A DNA stretch of 63,482 bases, filler included, from Octopus bimaculoides (GCF_001194135.2; 5 parts of 5 records of this genome joined end to end with filler, not necessarily neighbours in it), one strand, 5' to 3'; shown: positions 1 through 14,044, numbered from the whole stretch's first letter. Notes: generated from the sequence alone by a model not told the origin. A program made the numbers and translations.

Positions 1-1022
1 TATATATATATATAAACACACACCTCCGCCTATATATATAAACACAAGTAATCAGGACTGAAAGAGGCACATTTTTTAAGGACGAGTATTTTGTAAATTA
101 TGAGTAAACTATGTCCCATCATTATAAGATACCCAATCTATATATATATGTATACGTATAAATATATAATTTAGAGAGAAAAAAAAACAGTTATTTAATT
201 CATCCATGAAAATCCACAATCACATATAGAAAAATTTAATAAGTAAATACACTAAAAAGACCTATAATAAAAATATATATTCGTTTTCATCCGGGACTGA
301 TTTTCGAATAGCATAAATTATTCAACATTTCATATCCAAGTAGAGCTGTATGACATTAGTTTTTACTAATTCAAATGGGAAAACCCAGGCGGGGAAAATC
401 AAATACATAGACCCTTAGCACAGTATTCCAGTATTCTTTATCTGTTCAACTATTTACGCAGGCACATAAACGGAAGGGTAATAAAATATATGTATTAAAC
501 ATTCAATTGTCATAATCTCGTATAATCTTGCAAATTTGTTTTTATCACTAAATTATAAACGTCGGTTACGAATATGCTTCTACTAAGTCTGATGTTAATG
601 TCTAAAACTTCACATACCGTGAATTTTAACCAGATACTATTAGATCATTTACCGCAGGGACACGGGATTATTGTAGACATAACTATTCCAGAGTCGACAG
701 GTGTGAAAGGTTTTATTGCTTTGGCTTGGCTCCACGTATCTCTCAACGTTACAATCGATATCTTAATATGAGACTAGAATCCCATATAACTGGAAAACTT
801 CAGTTTTAAATGCCCTGAATTCGCAATAAAAATTCTACTGCTATATAGCTTTAATAAACATTATTACACTTGTCATGTTAATTAGCAATATTTAAACACA
901 GCTATTGCTGTCTCACACTCTTCTTACGAACAAAAGAATAACTGATAACCGAAGATTGATTATGTGTTTGTGTAAGGGGAATAAGTCATACTCCCATTTA
1001 CATTTTCTGAATTACATGTAAT

Positions 1023-1067
<45 letters not shown>

Positions 1068-1217
1068 CGCACACACACACAGTGAGGGGCATTCTTTCGA
1101 ACCGAAAATCTCTCTTATATACATTTATATGTAATTGTATGTGCGTATAACAGGCAATCCTTCGGTACCTTCCCCCATGACATAGATAAAGAAGCTAGAT
1201 TGAAAAAAGAGAGTGAG

Positions 1218-1225
1218 TGACGTCA
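1218..1225. promoter_or_regulatory. Perfect CRE palindrome TGACGTCA, candidate ANKS3 promoter element
   Basis: Exact motif in a locally CpG-richer non-repeat stretch 2.5 kb upstream of the ATG; function unverified. Confidence 0.25.
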
Positions 1226-2257
1226 TCTCCTCACACCGACACTCAGTAGATCAATATCGAAGGAATGCCCATACTACATATATATACATTTACATATAAC
1301 GTGTGTGTGTGTGTTAAGATTTCTGTTGGGCATAGCCATATTACTAATCTGGTGTTAGAATTCAGTATACACATGCTTCAGAATAAGGTGTTAGGTGAGG
1401 ACAGAGCATAATATGAAATTAAATAAAAGCTCCAATGAAGCTATGAGGTGATGCACAAGCACACAGCTCTGAGTACATTGCATCTTGTGGCAGAAACAGC
1501 TGTAAGCTAATGAATTTCATAACGTAATTCCTCTTCTCTTGTCATTTATGTTAGACATACATACATACATGTTACAATGTAAACAATTTTGCATTATATT
1601 GAAGGATTGCTCAATACATTTGGTAGAGTACAATATATATNNNNNNNNNNNNNNNNNNNNNNNNNNNNNNNNNNNNNNNNNNNNNNNNNNNNNNNNNNNN
1701 NNNNNNNNNNNNNNNNNNNNNNNNNNNNNNNNNNNNNNNNNNNNNNNNNNNNNNNNNNNNNNNNNNNNNNNNNNNNNNNNNNNNNNNNNNNNNNNNNNNN
1801 NNNNNNNNNNNNNNNNNNNNNNNNNNNNNNNNNNNNNNNNNNNNNNNNNNNNNNNNNNNNNNNNNNNNNNNNNNNNNNNNNNNNNNNNNNNNNNNNNNNN
1901 NNNNNNNNNNNNNNNNNNNNNNNNNNNNNNNNNNNNNNNNNNNNNNNNNNNNNNNNNNNNNNNNNNNNNNNNNNNNNNNNNNNNNNNNNNNNNNNNNNNN
2001 NNNNNNNNNNNNNNNNNNNNNNNNNNNNNNNNNNNNNNNNNNNNNNNNNNNNNNNNNNNNNNNNNNNNNNNNNNNNNNNNNNNNNNNNNNNNNNNNNNNN
2101 NNNNNNNNNNNNNNNNNNNNNNNNNNNNNNNNNNNNNNNNNNNNNNNNNNNNNNNNNNNNNNNNNNNNNNNNNNNNNNNNNNNNNNNNNNNNNNNNNNNN
2201 NNNNNNNNNNNNNNNNNNNNNNNNNNNNNNNNNNNNNNNNNNNNNNNNNNNNNNNNN

Positions 2258-2293
<36 letters not shown>

Positions 2294-3714
2294 ATATGTG
2301 TGTGTGTGTGTGTGTATGTATATACACATACACACAATTCCCAACTTTGACTCTCCATAAATCCTAAATTGCCACTTTGATGTGACAATAATATTAACAG
2401 TTTCTGATTTTGGTACAAAACTAGCAATTTTTGATGGCTGGGTTTTACTCGATACCATTGACCTTAGTACTTGACTCGTACTCTATTGTACTGACCCCAA
2501 AAGGATGAATGGCAAAGTTGGCTTCTGCAGGATTTGAAACCAGAACAGAAAGAGCTAGAAGAAATTTCTCATGGTATTTTGCTTGATGCACAAATGATTC
2601 TACCTGCTCAATACCTTACAAATTAGTAATAATAATAATAATAGTCCTTTCTACTATAGGCATACAGCCTGAAATTTGGGGGAGGGGACAGTCGATCACA
2701 TCGACCCCAGTACCTAACTGGAATCTAATTTATCGACCCCCAAAAAGATAAAAGGCAAAGTCGACCTCGGTGGAATTTGAACTCGGAATGTAACAAAGGG
2801 GAAAATACCTCTAAGTATTTCGTCCAGCGTGCTAACAATTCTTCCAGGAATAAAGAAGTTAGGATCAGCAACATGAAGGCATCCAGGAATAAACAAGTTA
2901 AGATTAACACCAGGAAGGGCATCCACGAATAAAATCCTATCACAAATAAGTCCCTACACACCCCATACTAGCATGGAAAAGAAAAACAGATGTTACATAA
3001 GCAAACTTGTCATTATGTTGATTATGGAGGGATTATTGGCTAAGTGTAGATCAATTATGATGAGTTATGGCCAGAGGGGTTTTCTGAATAATACACATAA
3101 CTTAACAAGGAAAATGAAATTCATTATAATTTTTTTAGTAGTGCGGCATGCTTGATAATAAACCATGTCTCATGCAACCTACTTCTCAGAAAAGATTGCT
3201 CCTACCCAGTCGGGATGAAGTGAAATGATTAAACCAGGAGTCAAAAGTTGATCCCAAATTCAGTTCACCTTGAACTTAGCCTCAATTTATATAGCTCTTT
3301 CTTTCTCATACGCACACATAGATATGTATATATATACTAAAAACAAATAGATACCAGTACACGTACAGATGAAAACCAAAGAGGATCATGGGAGGGAAGA
3401 TCCCAGAGTTTAAGCTCCAAAACAAAAATATTTTCAAAATGGAAATAAGTTGATTGATTCCTTTTTGTATGTAAAATTATGCTTTATTAATAAAAAGAAT
3501 TACAAGGAAACAAAGTCCCAGGGAAGCATTTTCTTTCATAGCCTCAACTATTCGATAGCTGCCATAAACTCCTGTACTTGAAATATATTCTTTTATTTTG
3601 ACAGGGTGTCCAGCAAGGAGTGAATTTACCCACATCTGGGTCAAAATGTTTCTGTGTAACAATCCATAGTTCATCTCCAGATAGAACCCAGCTCTGTTCA
3701 CACTATTTGAAACA

Positions 3715-3911
3715 ATGAGTTCTGGTACTGAAAACAACTCCTGCGAGGGTTCTGATGAATCTTCTGAGAGTGAACTTCTTGATCGGAGTCTGTCAGTTTG
3801 GCGAGGACGAGTGGCTATTAATGAAGATGAAGATTTTGTACCTTGTCCTCTTGACATTCACACAGCTTCCAGCATTGGACATTATGAATGCGTCCGTTCT
3901 ATTTTGGTCAG
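3715..3911 (+). CDS. ANKS3: ANKS3 coding exon 1 (MSSGTENN...CVRSILV)
   Basis: ATG at 3715; donor AG|GTAAGA at 3912; phase 2. Confidence 0.9.
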
Positions 3912-4790
3912 GTAAGATGCAATCTCAATTATATATGTGTATTTGAGTTTCTAACTCTGTGCATGAGAGAGGGAGAGAGAGAGATAGGGAGAGAGGGAGG
4001 AGGGAAGAGAGGGGGAGGGGAGAGGGAGAGAGAGAGGGGAGAGAGAGGGAGAGACAGACAGACAGAGATCAGTTTGTGATGCAATGGCATAGTTAAAGTG
4101 TGTACTGCCCAGGACAGCCCTTGAATTTTCTCTGTACTAAAAGTGCCACTCCCATAAAAGCATCAACTCTGTTGGACTGCACCACCTCCAGTTGCAGCCT
4201 TCGTTCCACTATCACAACCTACCCCCACTGCCACAATCTCTCTCCTGTCACCTCCCCCCTCCCTTACAAGCTACACTACTTTTCTGATGATACTGAATTA
4301 AAAAACATTTTTCTTTTTACCTTTCTAGGAATGAAGTAAATATTGACTGCCGTAATAAAGGTGGATGGACCCCGTTGATGTATGCCAGCTATATTGGACA
4401 TGAAAACATCTTGAACCTCCTGTTGAAGGCCAATGCCAATGTGAACATAAGCAACTACAAGGGGCAAACATCTTTGATGTTAGCTTCCAGCTGTGGCAAT
4501 GAAAGAGTGTCCTATTTCCTGTTTCAGGTAACAAAAATAATCCCTGTTTTCAATCTGCATAAAACCATTGTTTTTAGTGACAATGTTGTTATTGGACAGG
4601 TAAGGTAGACATAGGCATGGTTGTGTGGTTAGAAAGTTCACTCCTAGCTACATGGTTTCAAGTTCAGACCCACTGCTTGGCACCATAGGCTGACTAATGC
4701 TTTCTGGCCTTGTGAGTAGTTGTAGTAGGCAGAAGCTGAAAGAAACTTATTGTGTTTGTGTGATTGTGTGTGTGTGTATGTGTATGTATG

Positions 4791-4843
<53 letters not shown>

Positions 4844-5059
4844 ATAGGTGCAGGAGTGGCTGTGGGGTAAGAAGCTTGCTTCCCAACCACATGGTTCTGG
4901 GTTCAGTCCCACTGCGTGGCACCTTGGGCAAGTGTCTTCTACTATAGCCTCGGGCCGACCAAAGCCTTGTGAGTGGATTTGGTTGATGAAAACTGAAAGA
5001 AGCCCGTCGTATGTATGTATGTATGTATGTATGTGTGTATGTATGTATGTATATACATG

Positions 5060-5093
<34 letters not shown>

Positions 5094-6831
5094 TGTATGT
5101 ATTTGTGTGTCTGTGTTTACGTCCTCATAAATTAGCAGTTCAGCAAAAGAGATAGACTAAGTACCAGGCTTACAAAGAATTAGTCCTGGGATCAATTTGT
5201 TTGACTAAAGGCGGTGCTCCAGCATGGCCGCAGTCAAATGACTGAAACAAATAAAAGAATATATATATGGGTGTTAAATAAAACGAGACAACAAAACCAA
5301 GGCAGTGTGAAACTCCTAGCACATTTATAAAGAGAAAGGTGGTCTTACAGCTGTTTCACGGTTATAAAAGATATCCCATCATCAGAGACGATATGAGAGA
5401 GTTAACTAGAAAGAAAGAGTAGAGTTCAATATGAGAAGTTATTTTGGAAAGGGAGAGATGTAGGAAGTATAAAGGGAAATAAGAGAATAGAAATAAAAGT
5501 AAAAATATATGTTGGATGTTAAAACTGCTGTTCTGTTGTCCAAGGAATGTGCTATGTAGTGTGGGTGAAAAGGGTTTTTGTCCATGGTATGAAAATTCTG
5601 ATAGGAGTTCATATTTTGTTGTATACATATATATATATGTCCTATTATAAATTTGAGTGATGTGTCTCTGTCTGTTACATTTTTATGTTCGTTAACTCCT
5701 CCTAGACCATTGATGCAAGGACAACGAAACTGCCCTAATCCCAGGGAATGTCCTAAGGGGGCGCAATTTTTTTAAGGGCCGCTTAACTGGGGCCCCACTG
5801 ACACCCCCTCCCCTATTCTATGCTATTGTTAATGTTACTCTTCTTGTTAACCCTTTCATTATCAACCTGGCTGAAACTGTTTCTGGCTCTATAGTACAAA
5901 TGGCTTGTTTTCATAAGTTTTGAATTCAAATCTTCCACCAAACTTATGTTCCTAAAACCAGCTTAATGATAACTAAGTTATTTTACTAAATTCTTTGTTA
6001 TATTTAAAATTAATTGAAAGAAACAGAGAACATCTCAAAATAAATACAGTAACAAAAGGGTTTTAAAGTAGTGAACTGGCAGAATCACTAGGACGCTGGG
6101 CAAAATGCTTAGCAGTATTCGATCTGGCTTTACATTCTGAGATCAAATTCTGCCCATGATTGACTTTGCCTTTCATCCTTTCAGGGTTGATAAAATAAGC
6201 ACCAGTTGATCATGGGGGTCGATGTAATCAACTTACCCACTCCCTCAAAATTGCTGGTCTTGTGCTAAAATTTGAAACCAATATCTAGCTATGTCAAAGC
6301 AATGAGTAAATTAAAATCATTAACACACCAGAGAAAGTGCATGGCAGCATTTCATCTGTCTTCACGATCTGAGTTCAAATTCTGCTAAGGTTTACTTTGC
6401 CTTTCGTCGTCAATAAAATAAGCACCAGTCAATGTAATCAACTTAACCCCTCCCCTAAATTGCTGGCTTTGTGTCAAAATTTGAAACCTATATAATAACT
6501 CTTCTTGTTAATCTTTTCCTGTTTCATTTTCCAGCATGGCTCTGATCTTGAAGCAGTGGATAAACGAGGATGGACATCCCTGTTCCATGCCACATATGCC
6601 GGACACCAGAATGTTGTCAAATTCCTGTTAGAGAATAATGCCAACTTAAACGCCAGGTATATAGGTCATTGATACTTTTGAAAAATGCCTTTATTTTGCT
6701 TTGAATTCTTATCTTTTTATGGCTTAGTAGGAGAAGGGTTTTCAAGATTGTTGGGGTAGCAATGGTAGTGTTCGAGAAGAGGAAGAAAAACAAGAATTGC
6801 TGATATTATGCCAAAATTAGAAAGAATCGTG

Positions 6832-6899
<68 letters not shown>

Positions 6900-9800
6900 C
6901 ATGATTATTATTATTATTATTATTATTTCATGTTGGCAGGGAACCAAGCCTGGGGATGACCCCTTTCATGGAAGCAGCTGCAGGAGGACACGAGATTATT
7001 GTTCAGCTTTTGTTGCAACATGTANNNNNNNNNNNNNNNNNNNNNNNNNNNNNNNNNNNNNNNNNNNNNNNNNNNNNNNNNNNNNNNNNNNNNNNNNNNN
7101 NNNNNNNNNNNNNNNNNNNNNNNNNNNNNNNNNNNNNNNNNNNNNNNNNNNNNNNNNNNNNNNNNNNNNNNNNNNNNNNNNNNNNNNNNNNNNNNNNNNN
7201 NNNNNNNNNNNNNNNNNNNNNNNNNNNNNNNNNNNNNNNNNNNNNNNNNNNNNNNNNNNNNNNNNNNNNNNNNNNNNNNNNNNNNNNNNNNNNNNNNNNN
7301 NNNNNNNNNNNNNNNNNNNNNNNNNNNNNNNNNNNNNNNNNNNNNNNNNNNNNNNNNNNNNNNNNNNNNNNNNNNNNNNNNNNNNNNNNNNNNNNNNNNN
7401 NNNNNNNNNNNNNNNNNNNNNNNNNNNNNNNNAAATGGTGGGGAGGGACAGGTGGAAGTCTTTCCAATTTTTTTTTTTTTCAGTATCATAATCTCCATAT
7501 TTCTCTACATATTTCACCAAAAAAAAAATTTAAGAAATGGAGGGGGTGGGGATTAAAATTTTGAAATGCATTTTTTTTTTCATATTTGGAATCTCCACCA
7601 TCGATATAGTGTGTTTTTGTAAAAAAAAAACCCGAAGTGGGTGCGGTCCCTGATCTTTACCTCCACCCTTAATTGAATTCATGTGGCAATATCAATTTAA
7701 TGATGATCCATTCCAGACTCTTTTGATGGGTGTGAGAGATGTTTATAAACTATAATTTTGATTGGTGCGAGAGATGTTTATAATCTATAAATTTTTCAAA
7801 TAAAATATGTTTTGTTAGTATTTTTGTTTTAATTTTCGTTTCTGATTAAATATATTTTAGCGGTCATGCTCAAACAAAAAATATTTCAGCTGTCACACAA
7901 AAACTCCTGTGTACGTGTAAGCAAGCTGTCACACTTAAACAAAACAAAAAAAAACAAGCTGTCACAGTTAAACGAAAAAGTGCCAGAAAATTATACATAC
8001 AAAATTATTTAATTATTCCAAACATTTTTTTATATGCAAAACAACAGACATAGCCAGCAGAATAACTTATTAAACGTAGCATTATCAGTTAACTATTTTT
8101 TCTTTTCATACAAATTGTCTCGTGAATTTCTTGTAACTTCGGAAATCAGGTAATTTCGGTAGATAGATAGTCCAAACATTTGAGCTGACTAATTATGAAT
8201 TATGGGATTGTTGATATGTATTGGTCAGAACTTTTACAGGTTGACTAAGACGAATCGATAGAGGGGAGATCAAAGCTAATGTTCACTTTCATCAAAAGCA
8301 TGACTTCAGCAGTTACTTTATTGAGAAAAAAAAGAATCTTACAAGCATTGACTTTACAGATAGGCAGAAGAGAACTGATAGATAATGAAAGATAGGAAGT
8401 GGGGAGGGGACAAAAGATTTCATATACGCTTTTCTTTAAGCATACCTAGAGGAAGCAAAATGGGAATACAGCGAAGCATCAATCAGGACGGGTTTCCTTT
8501 GAAACAAAATAACTATTTTAGCTCAGTTTCCAATGATTTGAACTAACATATATTAATGTATGTCCAACATACTAATGATTTTGCTGTTTCACTGTCTTTT
8601 GTTATTCTAAACAAAATAACTTATAAACCTTTTATAGATAAGTGATATCAAAAAGTTCTCAGACTAGTTCTGTAGCACACCAATAGATGGCAGCACACAG
8701 TTGCATGCGTGATGAGAGCTAGCAGTGACCTTCATGAGGCAGTGTGCTTAGTGACATCACTATGTTTACTTTACAAGTTCTGAAATTTGTGTTTTTGTGA
8801 TCATGTATAGGCTGTAGTCTATGATTTTTTTGTCATGGACAGGAAGTTGGATCAGAGAGCCAATGTGAGATCTTACATTAAACTTGGGAAATCTGCTGCA
8901 GAGACTGAGCATGCTTCAGCAAGCTTATAACAATGAAGCAAGTTGATTACATCGTTGAACCCAATGTTTAACTGGTATTTATTTTATCGGCCCCCACAAA
9001 AGAAATAAAAGCTAAGCCAATCCTAGTTGAACTCAACATGTAAAGTCTTAAGTGCCACAAAGTAATATTTCCAACATAGTAATGCTTGTGTCAACTCACT
9101 GCTTTCATTGCTTTAAATGTCGGTTTCAAATTTTGGCACAAGGCCAGCAAGTTCAAGGAGAAGCCAATTAGATTGACCCCAGAGGTACTTACTTTATTGA
9201 CCCTGAGAGGATGAAAGGCAAAATCAACCTCAGTGGAATTTGAACTCAGAACATAGAGACAGACAAAATTCTGCTAAGCATTTCACCTGGCATGCTATCA
9301 ATTCTGCCAGCTAGTCGCCTTTAAATCTAACATGCATTAATGCACTAATAACTATTTTTTCTTGACTATCTGCTGCCAAGGTTTGGGGCTGCATCTAATA
9401 TGCCTGTACATCTTTTATGCCATCAAATACAATATTTATATGCTGTGTTATGCTTTTAACATTTTACCCTTTCATTTCTTTTATGACCTTTACTTACTTC
9501 TCTCTCTCCCTCTATATCTATCTATCTATCTGTCTATTTATCTATTTACCTCTCTTATTTATTCTTGTAATTTCTCTAATTTCAGGGTGTTCATTTTAAT
9601 GCTAAGACCATCATTGGAGACACTGCCCGGTCACTGGCACTTATCAATGGATATATGAAGATTGTCAGTCTTATTGACCAACATGTAGCGATGCGAGGTC
9701 AGGGGAAATATTTATAACTATTCTATGTCTTTGCCACATTACAAAAAAAAAAAAAAAANNNNNNNNNNAAAAAAAAAAAAAAAAAGTCCAACAAATTCTA

Positions 9801-12800
9801 TATTTTTAGTTATTTAATTAATTGATAACCTACTCAGATTTCTATAATGAGTATAAGGTTAAATCTCCCAATTACTGATCAAATAGTTATGAATTAAATC
9901 TTCATAACTAAAGGTGCAGGCATGGCTGTGTGGTTAAGAAGCTTGTTTTGCAAGTATGTGGTTTCAGGTTCAGTCCCACTGCATGGCACTGTGGGTGTTT
10001 GTAAATATTTATGAATGTAGAATTATACCAAGGCGGTGAAGTTTGTCTTCAAGATCTTTTTCTATTTCAGGCGGTAAAGAGTGTGAAAGAGAGACAGAGA
10101 TAGAGACAGACAGAGATAGAGACAGACAGACAGACAGAGATAGAGAACGTGTAGACGTTGCTGGAAAAAAAATAAGTCATTGTGTGTATGCTGTTAATGT
10201 AATCCTGTGTAATTTGGGACTTTGTATGGTTATGTATAGAAATATAAACAAACTAACACACACACACACACACATATATACTCATTTGTTTTGAAGTTTG
10301 TGTTCCGTTGTATTAAATATACTCATCCACCAGCTATGGAGAATGAATCAGACAGGAGGCGATGGTTAGCCAGAGAGAGACAAAGGTGAAGAACAGCTAG
10401 TCTCACTCAGGAAGAATTGGATGGAAGAAGATTAAACAATACATTAAGGTTATTAAATCAATCGCAAGAAGTGAGACAAGAGAGACAAGTGCAAGATGCA
10501 AGGAGACAGGTTCAAAGACGTCAAAATGAAAAGGAGCACCTAATTGCACAAAGGAGAGATATCCAAAGAGAGAGAGCAGCACAAAGGCGCCAAGATGAAA
10601 CAGAAGAGCAAGCAGCAGTGAGGAGAGAATATCTAAGAATGAGAGCAGTGCAAAGGTGACAAGATGAAATGGAAGAGGAAGCAGCACAAAGAAGAGAAAT
10701 CAAAAGAGAGAGAACATCAAGAATGGAAGAATTAATTAATACTGAAATGGACCATCCAAAACAAGGTGAACTCATTGCTGGTAGGGTTTACACTAGAAAC
10801 GTGGTGTTGAAGCAATTACTGAGATAGAGGTTGTAATGTTTTTATTTTTATTTTATTATCCATATCATTTTTATGCCATCATTTCTGATGGCACGGGAAC
10901 ACTAGTTATAGAATATTATTAATACATCACTGTAATTGCTTTCCAGAAGACCCTGCCCGACTTCTAGCAGCACCGCAACTTCCTCGACATCCTATCAATT
11001 GGGGCGTACGTACCAAGGAATCAAGAGGTTTGTGTTATCTTTTCATGTAGTTTCTTTCTACTAGAATTTAGATTCCTAATGAAGTTTACTGATTGAGATG
11101 CTCGATACCTATCACTTGCAATGCCTTCCTCATATTCTAGTATTTAATATATAGTATCATAAAAGCATGAAACTATTTGTAGTTCTTTTGGTTGTGTATT
11201 AAACTGATATTTATCTCACTGGATGGAGTACTTGTTTTATTGATTCTACCTATATTGGATATGTAATTTATAAAAAGTGATCTAAATTAAGATCTTCCAT
11301 GAAAATTTCATGTTAAATTATGTAGCATTCACCATCTTAATAATGACAGTTCTTTTCCTAAATTCTTATATATTTCTGAAATTAATTAAAAGGAAGACAT
11401 TGTATTTTAAAAATAATAAGGTAATGAAAGGTTTAATCCACCATCCAATTTAACGCACCACTTGGCACCTTGAATGCCATTAGCAGAGTCCACAATGCTG
11501 CAAGTATTCAGGCCAAACTTTCAGTTCCGGAGTAACTTCCTTCCTCCATCCCATTATTTTTGGAGGTCCTGTAATGAACCACGGGGCACTGACTTCCCTC
11601 CTTGCTAAATGGTGAAACAAAAATAAAATAACAAAACAAGAGGCTCGGTCTTTGATGATTTGACAGTGCTAATGATAATAAGTGTTGATTTATAAAATAA
11701 TAATAATAATAATAATAATAATCCTTTCTATTAAAGGCACAAGGCCTGAAATTTTGTGGGAGGGGGCTAGTTGATTACATTGACCCCAGTACTCAACTGA
11801 TACTAAGGATGAAAACAAAAAGTCGCCTTCAGTGAGATTTGAACTCAGAGTGTAAAGACAGGCAAAATGCCACTAACTCTGCCCACTCCCTACCTTCATA
11901 ATAATAAGAAAATAAAAGAAGAATCCTTTCTATAATAGACACAAATAACAATAATAATCATAATAATGATTTTTTATTTCATTAAATTTTAATATACTTT
12001 TAAAATTTTATTTTGTATCTTCTTGTTAATTATTTGATTTGACAAAGATTTTTAATTGTGTTTTTGTTCTAACAGAGTGTTTGTATTCTATTTTATACTA
12101 CTTCAGCTTCTCCTAATATACGAGATGGGCCTGATGCTTTTGCACGCATCATTGAGCAGTCAAGGAAGTGTGATGTACAGAATTATGGTCGACTGCCTGA
12201 CCAAATAAGGAAATGTGATGTGCCAACCTTCCCGAGTAAGTTCTTACATTTATCATATATTACTGCTAACTTTGGTATCATGTTGTGATATAAAACTCAG
12301 TACCACATGAGTGTGAAATAAACTTCTTAATCCCACTATGTGGTTCTTGAGATATCTTGTTCACGGACAAACAAACAAACACGACTGAAAACAATACCTC
12401 CGCCTTTGCTAAGGCAGAGGTAATTATGATTGATAAATATCAAATATCCTTTTCAAGACTGAGTTGTCTTTTATTAAATCAAGATTTGAGAAAAATAGAA
12501 TTAAGTTCTGGTGATACAAATACTTAAGAATGGATAAGCTTTTTAATTGTATACAACGCAGGAGTGGCTGTGTGGTAAGTAGCTCGCTTACCAACTACAT
12601 GGTTCTGGGTTCAGTCCCACTGTGTGGCACTTTGGGCGAGTGTCTTCTACTATAGCCTCGGGCCAACCAAAGCCCTGTGAGTGGATTTGGTAGACGGAAA
12701 CTGAAAGAAGCCCGTCGTATATATGTATATATATATAACGTGAGAGAGTTAGGGGTTGGGGGTTCAACCCACTAAGGGATAGTATCTATCCAGTATACTG

Positions 12801-13869
12801 CTGGGAGGGTACCCAATTATTGCTACACTAGTGCTATACAATATATATATATATATATATGTATGTTTGTGTATGTATTTGTGTGTCNNNNNNNNNNNNN
12901 NNNNNNNNNNNNNNNNNNNNNNNNNNNNNNNNNNNNNNNNNNNNNNNNNNNNNNNNNNNNNNNNNNNNNNNNNNNNNNNNNNNNNNNNNNNNNNNNNNNN
13001 NNNNNNNNNNNNNNNNNNNNNNNNNNNNNNNNNNNNNNNNNNNNNNNNNNNNNNNNNNNNNNNNNNNNNNNNNNNNNNNNNNNNNNNNNNNNNNNNNNNN
13101 NNNNNNNNNNNNNNNNNNNNNNNNNNNNNNNNNNNNNNNNNNNNNNNNNNNNNNNNNNNNNNNNNNNNNNNNNNNNNNNNNNNNNNNNNNNNNNNNNNNN
13201 NNNNNNNNNNNNNNNNNNNNNNNNNNNNNNNNNNNNNNNNNNNNNNNNNNNNNNNNNNNNNNNNNNNNNNNNNNNNNNNNNNNNNNNNNNNNNNNNNNNN
13301 NNNNNNNNNNNNNNNNNNNNNNNNNNNNNNNNNNNNNNNNNNNNNNNNNNNNNNNNNNNNNNNNNNNNNNNNNNNNNNNNNNNNNNNNNNNNNNNNNNNN
13401 NNNNNNNNNNNNNNNNNNNNNNNNNNNNNNNNNNNNNNNNNNNNNNNNNNNNNNNNNNNNNNNNNNNNNNNNNNNNNNNNNNNNNNNNNNNNNNNNNNNN
13501 NNNNNNNNNNNNNNNNNNNNNNNNNNNNNNNNNNNNNNNNNNNNNNNNNNNNNNNNNNNNNNNNNNNNNNNNNNNNNNNNNGTGTGTTGTTAGTTCGTGT
13601 GTTGGCTGCAGTTTTTTAGGTGTAAGAGAATATACTCTCTATGCACCTGGTGTAAAAGATACCTCAAAGTAAAGCTTAGTCAACTCACATCAGGTCCTTT
13701 CTTGGAGTAATAGACATTGTTTCGTCATTGTTTTGACTTATCAATGTCGCATACCAAACAAATCCATTGCAAGACATATGACTGACAATGATTATATGCT
13801 AAATGGTTTAAACACCATCTGCTGGAATGTCCCAACGTTTCATGCCACAGAGAAAAAAATTCAAATATC

Positions 13870-13912
<43 letters not shown>

Positions 13913-14009
13913 NNNNNNNNNNTGTGTGTGTGTATTGGTCTAAATACTCATGAATGTTTGATGATCTAAGTAACATTTTGAGAAGTCTTTTCAGCTTCGA
14001 TGAATTACC

Positions 14010-14044
<35 letters not shown>

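Noticed and set aside
10417-10659. R/Q/E-rich ORF as an extra ANKS3 exon
   Set aside because: In-frame stops on both sides, no convincing splice sites, and exons 5 and 6 join in phase without it.
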